From: Sarea resinae | Lineage: Eukaryota | DNA: 64,000 nucleotides | Direction: 5' to 3' | NCBI GenBank assembly: GCA_026026165.1 | Contig: JAPEUD010000005.1 | Span: forward strand, 558,001-622,000 | Shown: in pieces, positions 24,740 through 38,393 of the stretch | Numbering within the stretch: the first letter of the stretch is position 1 | How the letters are laid out: every line of letters begins with the position of its first letter | Notes under the pieces: generated by a model | What the model saw: the letters and a program-made list of their open reading frames with translations, nothing else | Told to the model about the DNA's origin: nothing | The model's database searches: none | Translations under genes and position numbers: made by a program

Positions 24740-26070
24740 GGTGGTGCAAGGAAGCTCTTCGCCCCCGGGGAAAGGGAGCTTAGGGCAGGACGATGACGGT
24801 AGCAGCTTTGGGCTTTGTATGGTGAAGCTTGGACGGAACGTCTGTCCTGACTCCTAAAGTATATGCAACGCGTATGGAGATTCGGGTCAAAAAGTCGAAG
24901 CGCTGACAATGGGAATTCCTCGAGTTGACTGTTAACCGGATATCACCACTTGATGGATCTGATATTGCCGGTCATTATTGCTTCAACCCCACAATGCACG
25001 AAGCTCTGCGCATCAGATACAAGGATATATCGGCCAGAGCACCCTTCATAATCGGTCGCTAGACCTCTTGGGGAACCTAAGCGATTACCGTCGGCATCTC
25101 GGCCCTCTCAGCCACTGGAAATCCCCGCGTCATCGGCATGTGAACGGTAAATGCAACAATACGTGATGGACAGTCCATGGCAACTCTGCAATTATGGGTG
25201 AGTACTATAGAAACGATTTGAGAATTGGATGCCTGGGCTCATATAGGGACTACCGTATCGACTCTACATAGATATAGAAATCGTCACATTTCAGGCTCTA
25301 GAACTACCGGCACTCGGTGCACCATGATACTCCGGAGTAGAACCAGAACTTCTCACGACGGGAGTCACGAGAGATGATGGGTGGGGGAGGGGGTGGGGGT
25401 TTTGAACAGAATTCGTCGAACGTCTCTGAAAAAGATTCAGCAGGCGAGGTACGAGAGCGGAGAGATGACTAAGGCTCCATCCGGTTTTCAACCAAAAATC
25501 GTTGAACGTCTCTAAAAAAGACTCGGCACTGTATAATACTACTGCAGGAGATCCATCGCGTTGTGGAGCCCCAAATCGTGAAGGGTCTCGATGATTACTC
25601 TGTACTCTTTGCCAGACTGGCTTGCGACAGGTCTCGCAGAGGGTTTCCGGGTCTGAACATTCAAATACCATTGGACACTACCTTGCCTCGTTTCCAGATA
25701 TAGGACACTTTGGTGTCTCTTGCTCTCTAAGGGTGCTAAGTAGTAGACAAGACATTCGAAGATAATGCCGACGTGAAAGTTGAAGAGGCTAAGAGCAAGA
25801 CAAAGGACTCTTACAATGAATAAGAGTCTTGAGACTATTATCAGATAGTAATAGAGGGAGCAAACTTTTGGAGAGCAAATACGCGTACGCTGCGCGGTAA
25901 AGCAACCCCTCCGGGATCATATGAGCAGCACGGAACGAACAGCTATGAAGCGAAATGTAAACACCAGCAAAAGGTGTGGCAAGAGACTGGAACAATCAAG
26001 CCAACCTGTCCAAGGAGACAAACGCCTAGGGAAATGCAGATAAGGTAGGTAATTAGACATTGATACAATC

Positions 26071-29000
26071 TTAATACCGCAGCTGGGGATCTCGTGGGTC
26101 GGCGCCAGCAGGCTCATCTTGATATACCCTCGATTCGGCTCGATAGAGCTGTCCCTGGTGCTCGTACAATTGCTCCTGTGCGTGCAAGTCGGCATCGACA
26201 TACTCGGCCACACTGCTCCGCGTTCCTGTATGACTGAGCACGTACGCGTCTGGTTGACGAGGTTGACGACTCGAATAACGAACGGGAATATACTCCACAG
26301 GTTCCCCGTAAACGGGTTCGTAGCCCCTCAGGCCTTCAGAGTACCGATATTCATAGTGCGGCGGAGCATTTGTCGCCACCGGAGGCTGGGCAACTCTCCC
26401 TGGGCTGATAATTTCAGGAGAAGGTGGATCTTGGTATACGCGCTCGTATTGCTGCGGGCTCCTGGCACGGTAGGAACCTTCTTCCAGAGTGGCCTCTTCG
26501 CCTCGGTGAGGGGACCTGGATCGAGTCCTGTATCTCTGAGCCTCATATCGACTAAATCCGCTGCGAGAACGTTGTAGCGGGTGGTGGTGCTTAGCATCAT
26601 ATCGGGACCCAAGATACACCGCATCTTGACGGGGAAAGTGTGATTCGATGACTTCAGGAGACCTGCCAAGAGGCCGTGGACGAGACATGGCTGTCTCGCC
26701 GTAACGGTCGTCTTTATGGTATTCAAGTGGCTCGCGGCTGACTTCATCTGACTGAGGACCAATAATGCGGCCACTTCTGGGTGCGGGTGGTACTGGGGCA
26801 TAGAGGGCGTCTCTTTCTCTCGAATCGGCCGTTGGCATGTCATCTCTCCGCGATCGACTACCAGAATATTCGGCGTACTTCAGCTCGCGTTCCTCGGCTT
26901 CACGATCAGCAAGCCATCGGGCCTTTAGCTTCTCTTCCTTTTCTCTTTCATGCTCAGCAGCCTTCCGTTTGTACTCTTCTGCATCTTGGCCCGGTAGAAA
27001 TTCGTTGAGAAAACGCTCTGCAGCGCTGATCCCTTCTGACGGCGAGAGCGGTCCGGGCTGTTTGAGAGCTTCTGCAGGTTCATCGCGAACCTCACCGTCC
27101 TCCGAACCTATATTTCCAGGGTGGGGAAGGGAAGACCCCTCTCGGCGACGCTCAAGCGGTGCGGCTGGCTTGTGAAACGGACGCGGTGTTTGCCGAACTC
27201 CTCTTTGGACTCGTTCAAGTGCGCGTTCCGCAGATCCTTGACTTCTCGGGCCGCGGAATCCATTTGAGAGGTCTTCGAGCCTCGTCTGAGATGGTGGCCT
27301 TTCTGGAGAGGTTGACCGCATGGAAGTATTTTCCATTTTGATTGATCTCCGAGAAGGGCTTCCTATGTAATTCCAGGCTCGTCTGTCCTCCCCACGGACC
27401 ACAAGAGTATCATCTCTATAAGGCTGAGGATCATGGTCAGTGAAAGCCCGTACCGGATCCCTTATTTGGGGTCGATATTCTTCTTCAGGACGACGCCGAG
27501 TCCCTAAAGAATGTCCTGGGGCTTCAACGAATGCCGGCCTATGTGGGTCATATTCATCCTCGCCAGGTACTTCCGTAGCACGAGGAGATTGCTCAAACGG
27601 CATCGCTAGAGGATCCGCATGTGTGGAGTCTAACCGTTGACGACCCTTTCTCGTATAATCGTAAGGCTGTGGTTTTGGAGGAAGTAAATTACTAGACTGT
27701 TGCCAAGGTGATGCTTTTAACGGTCTGGATGAGTGAACCAGAAGAGCTCCTTGTGGACTTGGGAATGACTCCCCTCTTGGAACAGGACCAGGATTGCTAG
27801 GGAATCCTACTCGTGGTAATGGAGACGGGAAGATACCAGGAAACACCTGTGCGATGAGCTGCAACTTCTTGTCATCTATCCCAGGCGCGTCGATGAAGCT
27901 CGAAATAAAGGACTCGCTCGGAAGCTCAATCATATCTTCTTTCCAGTCTAGCCGGGGCGTAGCAATCCCACCTTGAGGTACGACGGGAGGCTTTGCCCGT
28001 TCAACGTGGTGAGTCTGGAAATGGAACAGCAAGGCGGGTAGGGTGTATAGCTTCCTATCTCCAGATGCGAGTGCCTGGGAATGGGGACCAGCGCCGATAC
28101 CATTACCGCCTATATGGCATGATTTGCAAGCTAATCCATTGACGTTCTTAATGGGCTTCATCAGAGGATGGTGAGTAATGCCATCTGTGAACATAGCCAA
28201 GCTTGGCTCATTCGTGAACTTGGCTTTGAAGTTGGAGACCACATGATGTATGATAACATAAACCCTCACGTTGCCGGGAAGATTTTTTATGCCAGACGTG
28301 CCAAACCAGATATCCCTGGCGTTGTTGGCCATTTCCTCCAATTGGACTTGGTATATGCCAGCAGGTTGAGCCTGGTTCTGAGCCACGTATGGACCATCGG
28401 GGAGATTTGGGGGTGAAAATGCCTGGGAATTAGGATAGCCACCAGCAGGTTGTTCCCGAAATCCACTAGGAGATCCATAGCTTTGCAAAGATGTCCGCCT
28501 AGGTACTTGGACGGGAGACCCGGAATATGCTTGGCCGGGATATGTTGGGCCATAAGGATGCGGAGGCTGAGCTTGGTATGGAATCCTAAAGCTATCATAG
28601 TTCTGATTAGGCTGTCCTGAATACTGTGGTTGAGGGCCTTGGAACCCAGCCACATTTGAATTACCTTGAGGTTGATAAGGAGATCCCTGAAAAACTGGAG
28701 GCTGATTCTGGAAGGCAGGCGCCACTGGCGGTGGTCCGAACGGCCCGGGACGGTGATATTGGTCCGGAAAATGAGGTTGAGCATATGAGCCAGGACTATA
28801 TTGGGGATAATTATGCTGTGCCACCTGGATTGGTCCCGGCATTCCCGGAACTGGCACCTGGGAGTAGGTACCATACTGAATCGGACGTGGGGCCTGGCTC
28901 TGAGCATGGAATGCTGATTTTGCGGCTTTAGGGTCAGGGTGGAAAGGAGAGTAGAGAGGCCATTCTGATCGCCAGTGGACGACTATACTTCCCTTGCTGA

Positions 29001-31512
29001 GTGCACTTGTATGCTTTGCCGCATAGTGCTGAACGACCCCCTCGAAGCCATAGAACTTGAAATTGTTTTCGCATCCATTACAAAGGAAAAGTTCCTTGCG
29101 GAACTTCTCGGTCAAAGGCTTGATTTTAGCGTCAAAGACCCATTTCATGTTCTCCAATATCAATCTCCGTGTAGGAGGGCCGTCGATGGGGTCTTGAGGT
29201 ACCTCTTTACCGGCAGCACGGGTTGCTGCATCCTCTGCGGCAATTTCTTCATAAAATCTATGGCGCACATGCAATAGGACCTCTGCCGCAAATTTCGGGC
29301 TGGAATCATAAGTGATTGCTTTACCTTCAGCCCATTTGTCCCTGATGATCTCATCGGCAAAGAGTCCAAGACGGTCTCGAATCGGACTTTGGATTTCGTC
29401 CCATTCGCGGTCCTGAGCTTCTTTGGCTTCTTTCAGTTCTGCTTCTTGCTGGCGTCTTTCCTCATATTTGGCTTGGTACAAATGGGTCTGGATAGCCTGC
29501 TCATTTTCGCGCTGTTCCGCTACATCAAGCTGGGATATAAGGCGAGGCTTCAAAACCTCCCATGCGTTATCTGTTAGAGGTGTGGTGATTTGAACAGCAG
29601 CCTTGAAGGAATCCATGTGGCTCAATAAGTTAGCTGGGATGGGTGGGGTCAATTCCATACAACGGCGCTCGATCTCTGCTCGGCGAGCGGCTTTCGCTTC
29701 ATTCACATCGTGTATATTACGCTCAGAACGGTGTGACTGGAAGGCAATCTGTGATTTTTGAGCAGCACCATTTTGCCAGGGAAGACCAGAACTGAGTGGC
29801 GACGATCCTAAAGTTAAGAATGAAATTATGTTAGTGAGCAATCAGATCCTACCCCTTGAAGTTAACCAAATCTTCCCGAGTTCGTACGTACGAGAATTGG
29901 TAGCCGATGGTTGAGGACCAAGTGGTGCACTGCGGTTGGCAGAATTATTGATCTCCAGAGGATCTATTTTGCTGGGGCCGGTCGAAGTAGGGCTTGGACG
30001 AGCTGAAAGATTGAGGTCAGTCATCTCGACGGTTTTGAGAGAGGCCGTAGTGTTGTGCAACTGCGAGCTCTCCGTTAGACAAGCGTTTGTTTGCGTAGAC
30101 AATATGTCTTTGAGGCCGCCTTTGGCTTCCCATCGCTCCCAACGCGCGGCATCACTAATCTTCTCTTTGCCATTCCCTTCTAGCCCCTTCATCCACTCCT
30201 CGGCCGTTGCGGGACCCAAACTTTTGACTTCATTCAGTTGATTCTTGATACTCTCGATGTGCGGTTTGTAGTAGAGTTTTGTCATCTGTAGAGTCGGCGG
30301 GGTCGTCGAGTTCTGTAAAGATATTGATGGGATCAGGTGCAATGACGGCGTGACGAGCGCGAAAGGCAAAGCGGGTAATACGAAAGACGGTACTGTAGAT
30401 GAGAACAACAGAGTCATTTCCTATATAAACATAATCAGCACCGCGGAGCCAAAGTTTCTTAGACAAGCCATCGCGCTAACCTTCTCGCAATTATCCCTTA
30501 GGCAAGGGCCACATGAGCGAATGCCAAATGGCCAGATGATCCGGACACCAGTTTCTCCGGGGCCCGCCTCCCAAATAGTTGTTTGTTTCCCATCAGAAGA
30601 TGGCCCCTCGAGCCTCTCACAAAATTGGCATTTGTTTCCCAGAACAAGTTTCCACATTGCAAGCTCCGAAAAGTCATGCAGAGGTCGTGGCATGCTAGGG
30701 CAGAATCTCTTTCGAGAAGCAGACCAGATGACCTCAGTTTCCAGTTGCTGCAATCGCCCGCTTGGCTGACTAGCGACGTCTTTCCCATCTCGCACGCTCT
30801 CGGAAAGGTAGGCATTGAAAGCGCGATTGACACGCAACATACGTCCAAGAGATCGTGGGGACAGGAACGTGAAGACATGTTGCCATATTTCAGGGAGCAA
30901 ATTGCATCTACCAAATGGGATCCTTGAACGATGATCTTCACGAGCAGCTGCACCAGAATCTCCAACGACAGAATCCGAGAATTCGCTCAGCCTGGCACGC
31001 TTGTTATTCCAACCCGAACTTCCTGGCGAAGGCCCAGCTCCGCTTTGCTGGAGCCGGTTCTGATAATCTGTGATTCGCAGCGGGTCGTTGATGCCGGAAG
31101 CATGGAATGTTCCTCCGCTCGAACTTTCTTCGTTGTGTTGTTCTGGGGCGTCGTAACTGTGCTTGCGCTTAAGGTTCGTTGGAGAGGAATGCTGAGAGCC
31201 AAGTGTTCTATCGTTGTGATCGCGAGTTGACTCATCGGAAGCTGTAATAAATGCTGTCGCATCTGTAAGCGGGTCATTCGAGCCATCGTTGCATGGCAAA
31301 GGCTTTCGATTGTCCGAAAGGCTAGCGATCTCGCGATCACTCGAAGATCTTGTCTCATCCTCTGATGGTAGTTCGAGTTCATCGACGACACCCTCACTCT
31401 CAGCACTACCCTGAAAAGTCCTCCCATCGTCTTTCTCGGATACCGAGTAGAGGTTCGAGGACGAGCTACCCTCGCTCGTCGGGGAGACGAGGCCCTCGGA
31501 GCTCTTCGCCAT
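26071..31512 (-). CDS. Large F-box protein with Cys/His zinc-finger-like motifs and a long Pro/Gln/Arg-rich disordered tail, 3 exons
   Basis: F-box LLPEIWQHVFTFLSPRSLGRMLRVNRAF, CQFC..CGPC, CNGC..HYAAKH and CKSC..HFQTHH. Introns at about 30480-30421 and 29891-29808. Confidence 0.82.
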
Positions 31513-33409
31513 GGTTATAGGCGAGCAGCCTTGGAGGATGCCTGTGGAACCGACCGACGGGCTAGAAAGTCAAGTCCAAGACCCCAAGTCCCAGCTTCGG
31601 AAGTCGTGGCGGAATCACTGGCATTGAGTATATATGTGGGTATCAGCGCGTGTTCCGCGTGAGGCAGGAATAGTCTAGTCAACGTGGAAGTGACAGAAAA
31701 TGGGTACAGTAGAGGAGATCAACAAAGCGATCTCCCTGCAGATGTCGCCTCGAGTGTCTCTGATGACACTTCAGAAGCAGTAGAAACGGGACGACTAGCC
31801 AAGAGAAAAGAACGACCGATGCGGAAATCTGGGTCGTTTCTTTGGGGAGATGAGAATATCTTGGAAGAGGCAGGAAGCGCGCCCCGCGCAGGGCAACGGG
31901 CGTACTCGCAGAAGAGAAGAAGAGTCAACAGGAAGATATGAAAAGAAAATGGGACGGCGGGGCTCTTTGTATCGCCAGCCTGCACGCGGCGAAGAAGAGC
32001 CTGGGGTGCCTGTGAGGGTGGTGGGAGGTGTGGGGGATGCAGAGCGGACGAAGGATTGGTGTACTGGCGTACTGCGTATTGGCGGACGAGCAGAGTTCAA
32101 GGTCGTGTCGTTGGTGTTTTTTTTTTCTGCTCTCGGCATGGGAATGTCATGGAGCAAATATCAGATGTGAGTGCCTGGGTAGGCCGTTGGTGGAGGAGCG
32201 TGAATGTTTGGGCCATGCGTGAGTCGGTGAGAGCCAATCGATGTCGGGAGGGTTCGCCCGGTTTCGCCTGGTTCGCCTGGTTCGCCGTCCGCCTGGATCC
32301 GCCTCACTTTTGGACGCGACTGGCGAGGAAGGACGAAACGGCGACCGGATGATGCCTGTGCTGCAGTCGACAGCCAGGTGCCCCAAGAGCCCCAGGTGCC
32401 CCAGGTGCACGCCGGGATCCATCCATGGCGGATCGATGCATTGATGCAGCCTTACCTTTTATCGCATCGTTGGAGGAAGCAGAGGATCAGTATTACGAGT
32501 ACGAGTAATACCTACCTTACCTTAGCTACTGGTGGCATGTACGAGTATGAGAGAGCTCTCCTGGAGATGATATCATTGCAATAGTTGATCTGGTGTTACC
32601 ACCTGGCCATGGAATGAGGACCTTATCCACGGGTATTCAGCTACCTCAGGTCCTCCAGCTACTACCTTCTGTACTGCGTACCTAGGTAGGCAGATGAAAT
32701 GGATTCATGGTACCTGAGTCACTGTCTTCCTACCTACCTCTTAGGCAGTGACAATGACAATGACAGTGACAGTAACAGTGGCAGTGGGCAGTCCGAAGAC
32801 GCTGAAGCTCCCTCGGATCTCTCCTTTCTTAGGTACGAAGTACCTGTAGTGGGCTCACCTACCTTATTGATCCATCACCGTCATCGGCCCCCTTCGTCTA
32901 CGACGTGCTGTAGGAGTAGTATTCTCGCTCGGCCCCAGTACTATGAGTACTGAGTACCCGATCGACACCCCGTCTCCCCGTCCCTTTGGCATGCCACGCG
33001 AGGTCGATGCAAGTACTACGTACTCAGGACAGTGGTGCGTGGCTTGTCCGGTGGTGGCTGATGCAATTCCCTCATGTGTACTGCCACGCCCCGTCCACTT
33101 GCAACGGTGGTCGTTCAATTACAGTAAGCCCACGTCCCTCACAACGACCCTACCTTACCAACGTCAACATACCTTCCCTTGCCTGCCCCGACCTTACCTG
33201 GTACGAGGTAAAGCACCGTTCTTCGATCCTCATCGGGCACATTGACTCCAGTCTTGCCCTCTGCGCGAATTATTCCAGATATTGCCCGATCTTGCTCCGC
33301 GCGAGAGAACGACGGCACTCCTGACGGTGTTGGGACATCTTCCAGTGGATGCACTACTGCTTGCTCTCACTGCTGGTGAACCGGGTGAAAGCCTGTACAG
33401 ATCGCAAAG

Positions 33410-36142
33410 ATGGCGACGCTGAACATGTCTACGAATGGCCCGTCCATATCTCGGAGCTACGACTCAATCGTTAACTCTACCGCTCCATCCGGCTCAGCTG
33501 CCAAGGCCGAAACATACGGGCAATGGGCCGTCTTCTCCGTCTCAACTCCTCTGGTCAATGCCTTTCAGAGAGACGCGGGCGAGAAGGACAGTGTGCTTAA
33601 AGTGCAGACCACCGGCGGTGAGTATGCTGGACGAGCAATTCGAAGGTGCCGCTGACGAAACAACCTTGCAGAGGGTGACTTGGCCGATTTGATCGAGGAG
33701 TTTTCTGATGGCAGAGTGCAGTTTGCATTCGTCAAAGTCAGAGATCCAAACACGTCGCTGCCAAAATATGTCTTGATCGGCTGGGTGTGTCCTGGGTCCA
33801 CTCTTCTGCATGAATACTCGACTAACTTTTTGATAGTGTGGGGAAGGTGTACCTGAGCGAACGAAGGGCTACTTTACGAGCCATCTTGCCGCGGTTTCCA
33901 AAGTCCTTCACGTACGTCGTTCAAAGATGGTCCCAATAACAGAGCTAACACTTTCCTCAGGGCTACCACGTACAGATTACTGCTCGGTCCGACCGCGATC
34001 TTACACCCGAGGGCATCGTACAGAAAGTATCAGATGCTTCTGGATCCAAATACTCCGCCGGCTCTGCACCAGCTCCCGCATCTCGCGGACCACCTCCACC
34101 GGCTGCTTCTAAACCTGTCTTCACACCGACACGGGTGGGTGGAGGAGCCGGCAACTTTAATCCTCTAGCAGGCGCCAAGTCGCGTGTAGGAGCTTCAAGA
34201 CCATCGAACACCGATGAAGATGGCTGGGGTGCAGACGCTCCACCCGTTACGCGGTCGCAACTAGAAAAAGTTGAATCTGCTTATAAGCCGACGAAAGTAA
34301 ACATGAATGAGCTCACGTCACAGAAGCAGGAGCCATCACGATTCAGTGGAAGCCGTAGCGAAAACAGCCCGGATAGGAGCGACGTGGTCAGGGGCGGCTA
34401 CCAGCCAATTGGCAAAGTTGATATTGCGGCCATTAGACGGCAAGCAAAAGAGTCGGGCTCTTTGGCAGACGATCGGCCGAGCACCGTCAAGGGATCATAT
34501 GAACCAGTTGGGAAAGTTGATATCGCGGCCATTCGAGCCAGATCTCAGCGACCTTCCGAGGATGCTTCCACGCCACCAAGCAGCATATCGCCAGCTGTGA
34601 CTGGTGCGTCCGCACGAAGTGGTGATCGTAGCGATGAGCCGCCGAAATCCCTCGCCGACCGATCATCTGCTTTCACCTCTTCCGAACGGCTCACTTCACT
34701 TCCAAAACCCAAGATCACCAATAAGTTTGGTTCCAGCACAAGCACTTTTACGGGAACGAAGGCCCCTACCCCTGGCGGTTTTGGGCTAGAACCAAAACCT
34801 GCAGCTCCTGCTCCTGTTGGTCTGGCTAGTCGTACATTTGCAGATGAGGGCGGGAAGACGCCGGCTCAAATCTGGGCGGAGAAGAAGGCTCGGCAGCGAG
34901 GCCTTAGCGGAGCAGGTGAAGATCGGCCATCGGCCTCGCCAATTACGAGTCAGCCCAGCGGCGGAGAGTGGAAGAGTAGCTACGCTGGCAAAAGCTGGGC
35001 GCCCGTGCAGATCAGTCACACAGGAAAGTCTGCTACCAGCAGCATTGGGCAACAACGGACGGGCCAAGACGTGGAACAGGAACAGGAAGAGGAAGCCCCA
35101 GCCTCACCTGCAGGTGGTGTGAGTGCTATCCGGGACCGATTCAAAGGAGCTCCGCCCATGGGCGGTATGGCTTTGCCCAGGCATTCCACGGGAGAAGAGC
35201 AGAGGGCGCCAAGCCCGCCCCCACTGGACACTGCAAGTAAGCCAAACGCAGGAGTACGGGGCATCCCCATACCCGGCCTTCCAAGCCAGTCGTCCGACGA
35301 GCACCATGTCGAAGCACCTCGAATGCCGACACCGCCACCTCAACCTCCACGGAGCCCTACGCCACCTACGCCCCCCGCCATGCGATCTGGCTCTCCGATT
35401 CGCGTTGCAATGCCTGTTGGTCGTGGCAATGATGCTGAGGTCGAAGCTCCGGAAGAGCGTTTCTCGCCGCCACCGATTTCCACTCAGTCCATCGCAGATG
35501 TAGCTCCTACGGAAAGTGAACTTACCGATGAACCCACGAGCCATGAGCCGGCTAGACGAGCTGCAGAGGCCGCAGCTGTTGCTTCGTTCGGCCATGAGGC
35601 TACGGCTGCTCCCTCTAATGCGCATGCCGGAGGCAAGCGAGCTCTTATCCAGTACGATTACGAAAAAGCCGAAGACAACGAGCTTGAGCTTCGCGAAGGC
35701 GAGTATGTCACTAACATCGAGATGGTGGACGACGATTGGTGGATGGGAGAGAATGAGCATGGCGAGTCTGGCCTGTTTCCGAGCAACTACGTCGAATTGG
35801 TCGAAGACGATGGCGAGCAGCCACACGCTGGTGGTCATGAGCAAGAAGAGCTTATACCTCCTGCTGGTCCTGCGCCTGGGGCTCTGGGCACGACCGAAGC
35901 CTCGGAGACCAAGGGAGCCATCGCTACAGCGCTTTACGATTACGAAGCCGCGGAGAGTAACGAGCTGTCTTTCCCCGAGGGTGGCAAGATTACCAATGTC
36001 GTAAGTCTTTCCATCGTTCTGGATATCCTGCTGTGATACTTATACTGTTTGACAGGAATTTCCGGATGAGGATTGGTGGTTTGGAGAACATGCCGGCCAG
36101 ACGGGCTTGTTCCCCGCCAATTACGTGCAGTTGGACGAGTAG
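33410..36142 (+). CDS. ABP1: Actin-binding protein Abp1/drebrin-like (ADF-H domain, Pro-rich region, two SH3 domains), multi-exon
   Basis: ADF-H exons (EEFSDGRVQFAFVKV..LPKYVLIGWCGEGVPERTKG), repeated YxPxGKVDIAAIR, SH3 ALIQYDYEKAEDNEL..WWMG..GLFPSNYV, and a second SH3 ending GLFPANYVQLDE. Confidence 0.94.
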
Positions 36143-36562
36143 AGGTGGGGAAGGTAAAGGAAGCTGTGGCTGTGAAATCATGGGGTTTGGAGGAGTGGAA
36201 GAAATGTCGCCAAGTGCGGGCTGTGCGCTTGTATCATGTGTGAAAAAGTGTCTGGGTCGTGTGCGAGCACTTCAGTATGTGGACAGGAAGAGGGAGGCGG
36301 GGTCCGTCGACTAGCTTATCAAAATCCATAATCCAGAAAATAAAATGCTTCGTTTCGCTGCCCCTTGTTTGAAAGAGTGGAAACTGCTAAGCTTACAATT
36401 TACTGTTGCTAGGCTGCTGAAGGTAGTTCACTTGAGAGACGTAAAGCTAAAGAACGCTCCATTCCCTGAAACTCTTCTCATTTTCATCTCAAACCAATCC
36501 AGGCGGGAAAGGCTCGGGTTCAATATGCGCAGCTCGTCAAATTAGGTTGGAGTCGCTCAACG

Positions 36563-37752
36563 CTACTGCTCATCGTTGGCCGAGTAGAAGAAGTTGCCCC
36601 CTACCGGCACCAACCCATTCTCCGCCGCCCACTGCCTGACCCCATGTCTCGGCTCGCCGGTGCCCCAATTCTTCCGATCGCTCGGGACCGTCAGGTTCGT
36701 GCCCGCTCCGGCGACTTGGCTGCTCTTTGGCGCAAAAGCCAGGAACGCGTAACGATGGCTGCCGGTCTTTGGTGGTGGCGCGGGCGGCGCATAGGGGATC
36801 AGTTCTTTGAGGCCCTGGGCTGCTGTCTGCGCCTCTGTGCTCGAGACCTTCTCCGGCGACGACGAAGGCGAGAGCGGCACGTTGGTGATGATCCAGTGGC
36901 AGAATTCGGACCACTTGGGATCGGAGCGCGAGGGCGCGTCCGGGTCGGTGAGCACTAGGGTGTAGTTCGTCGCGGGTGACGAGGCAGAGGACGACGACGG
37001 TGACGACGAGGAGGAGGTGTAGAGCTCGATTGTGGGTGGGTCTTGCGCGCTCGAGGGCGTGATCGTGTTGCCTAGGTTTGCGGTCGTGTTGGTGGTCGGG
37101 TACGTTATGTTGATTAGGAGCGTCGGGTGGAAGTCGTCGATTACTGTCGGGTTTGGGCTGGTTAGAGAGAGTGATCCCTTTTGGGGGGGAAGGGGGGGGG
37201 GTTCCATGGGTGACTTTATTGTAAGGCGGGCTTTCGTGAGGGGGACGGGGGGGGGAGGCGTACCGTCGGAAATGATTTCGCTGTTCTTGAGCCTGCGAGT
37301 CCGATGATTGTATGATTAGATTCGAGGTCGTGACGTGCGGGCAATGGGAAAGGTTCCGACACATACTCGTCACGCACGCTCTGTCCGATGGTTCCCTGTG
37401 CCCCGTTTAAGATGCTCTGATCAGTAGCCGCGCGGTATTTATAGGCTTCATGTGCTTGCGCTTGGGATTGTGGTTCCGGCTGTGCTGCTTCAACACATAG
37501 CTGGAGGCATTGAAGAACGAGGAGGAGGGAGAAGTTTACAAGAGACATCTTTTGGGTACGAGGAAGAATGCTGGCCGCCGTCTTTGCGGAAGTGATGCGA
37601 GGGTATGCTGGTGATGGTCTGGTGCGAGAGGCTGTTGGGGTTTGTCGTGGCGCTATAGAGCGGGTGACGGCCAGATGGGAGAAGGATTTCAGAGGTTGAT
37701 AGGGGGTCAAGAGTGAAAGAGAGCGTAGGGAACGAGGGGAAGAGGAAAGCAT
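36563..37752 (-). CDS. PEBP-family protein (Tfs1/carboxypeptidase Y inhibitor-like), 3 exons, two candidate AUGs (37752, 37548)
   Basis: PEBP motifs YTLVLTDPDAPSRSDPKWSEFCHW and PAPPPKTGSHRYAF. Introns 37366-37293 and 37263-37144 give ..VRDELKNSEIISDVIDDFHP. Confidence 0.9.
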
Positions 37753-38228
37753 GATGTAGATGCTATGAAACGGTGTTACCGGCGTTCTAGGATTGTGAGG
37801 GGGAAAGAGATGCTTTGATGAACGGATGATATTTACGATGATGCCGGCCGAATAAAGGGAGCTACTCGAGTACTATCAATGCCTTATTCTCACACGGACT
37901 GGCAGTGGAGATTCTATCCTGATCTTCCTCGGATCGAGATCAGATGGGTCAATTGAAATGAGGTGCTTGAAATGAGGTGCTTTCGGAACACCAGAGGTTG
38001 TCATCTCTGATGGGGGCGGGGGGTCTCCATTGTTTGTTGAGGGTCGGGATGCCCTCCCTGCTCGACTACGAGGGCATAACGTCATGCGCGGGAGGAGACA
38101 CACGCGACTTTGGCGGCAAGTGGGTGGCCTGCTGTACGCCTGACGTGCGTTCACAACAGCACCCGTAGTCGAGGGTACCGTATTCACTTTGGATGTCGAT
38201 GAACGAGGTCGGTCCAACATACCTCACC

Positions 38229-38348
38229 TGTAAGGTACAGTAAATAGGCAAACCTGTTCCTACGTGCGCCATCCAAAAAGACTACTATTACCCACGGCTC
38301 GTCCGTCTTATACCTATTTGCCTACTATATAGCGCAGCGCTCCTCAAA
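38229..38348. mobile_element. Short solo-LTR-like element, copy 1 (120 bp)
   Basis: TGTAAGG...CCTCAAA, homologous to 39358-39445 (inverted) and 43423-43540 (direct). Flanked by TCACC / TCGCC, a 5-bp TSD with 1 mismatch. Confidence 0.8.
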
Positions 38349-38393
38349 TCGCCTTTCCAGCTTCACCTCAATTTCCTCTCATCTATCTCCTTC

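Noticed and set aside
25291..25671. 126-aa minus-strand ORF between PXMP4 and the F-box gene
   Set aside because: No motif, splice support or coding-like composition; likely UTR/promoter sequence.
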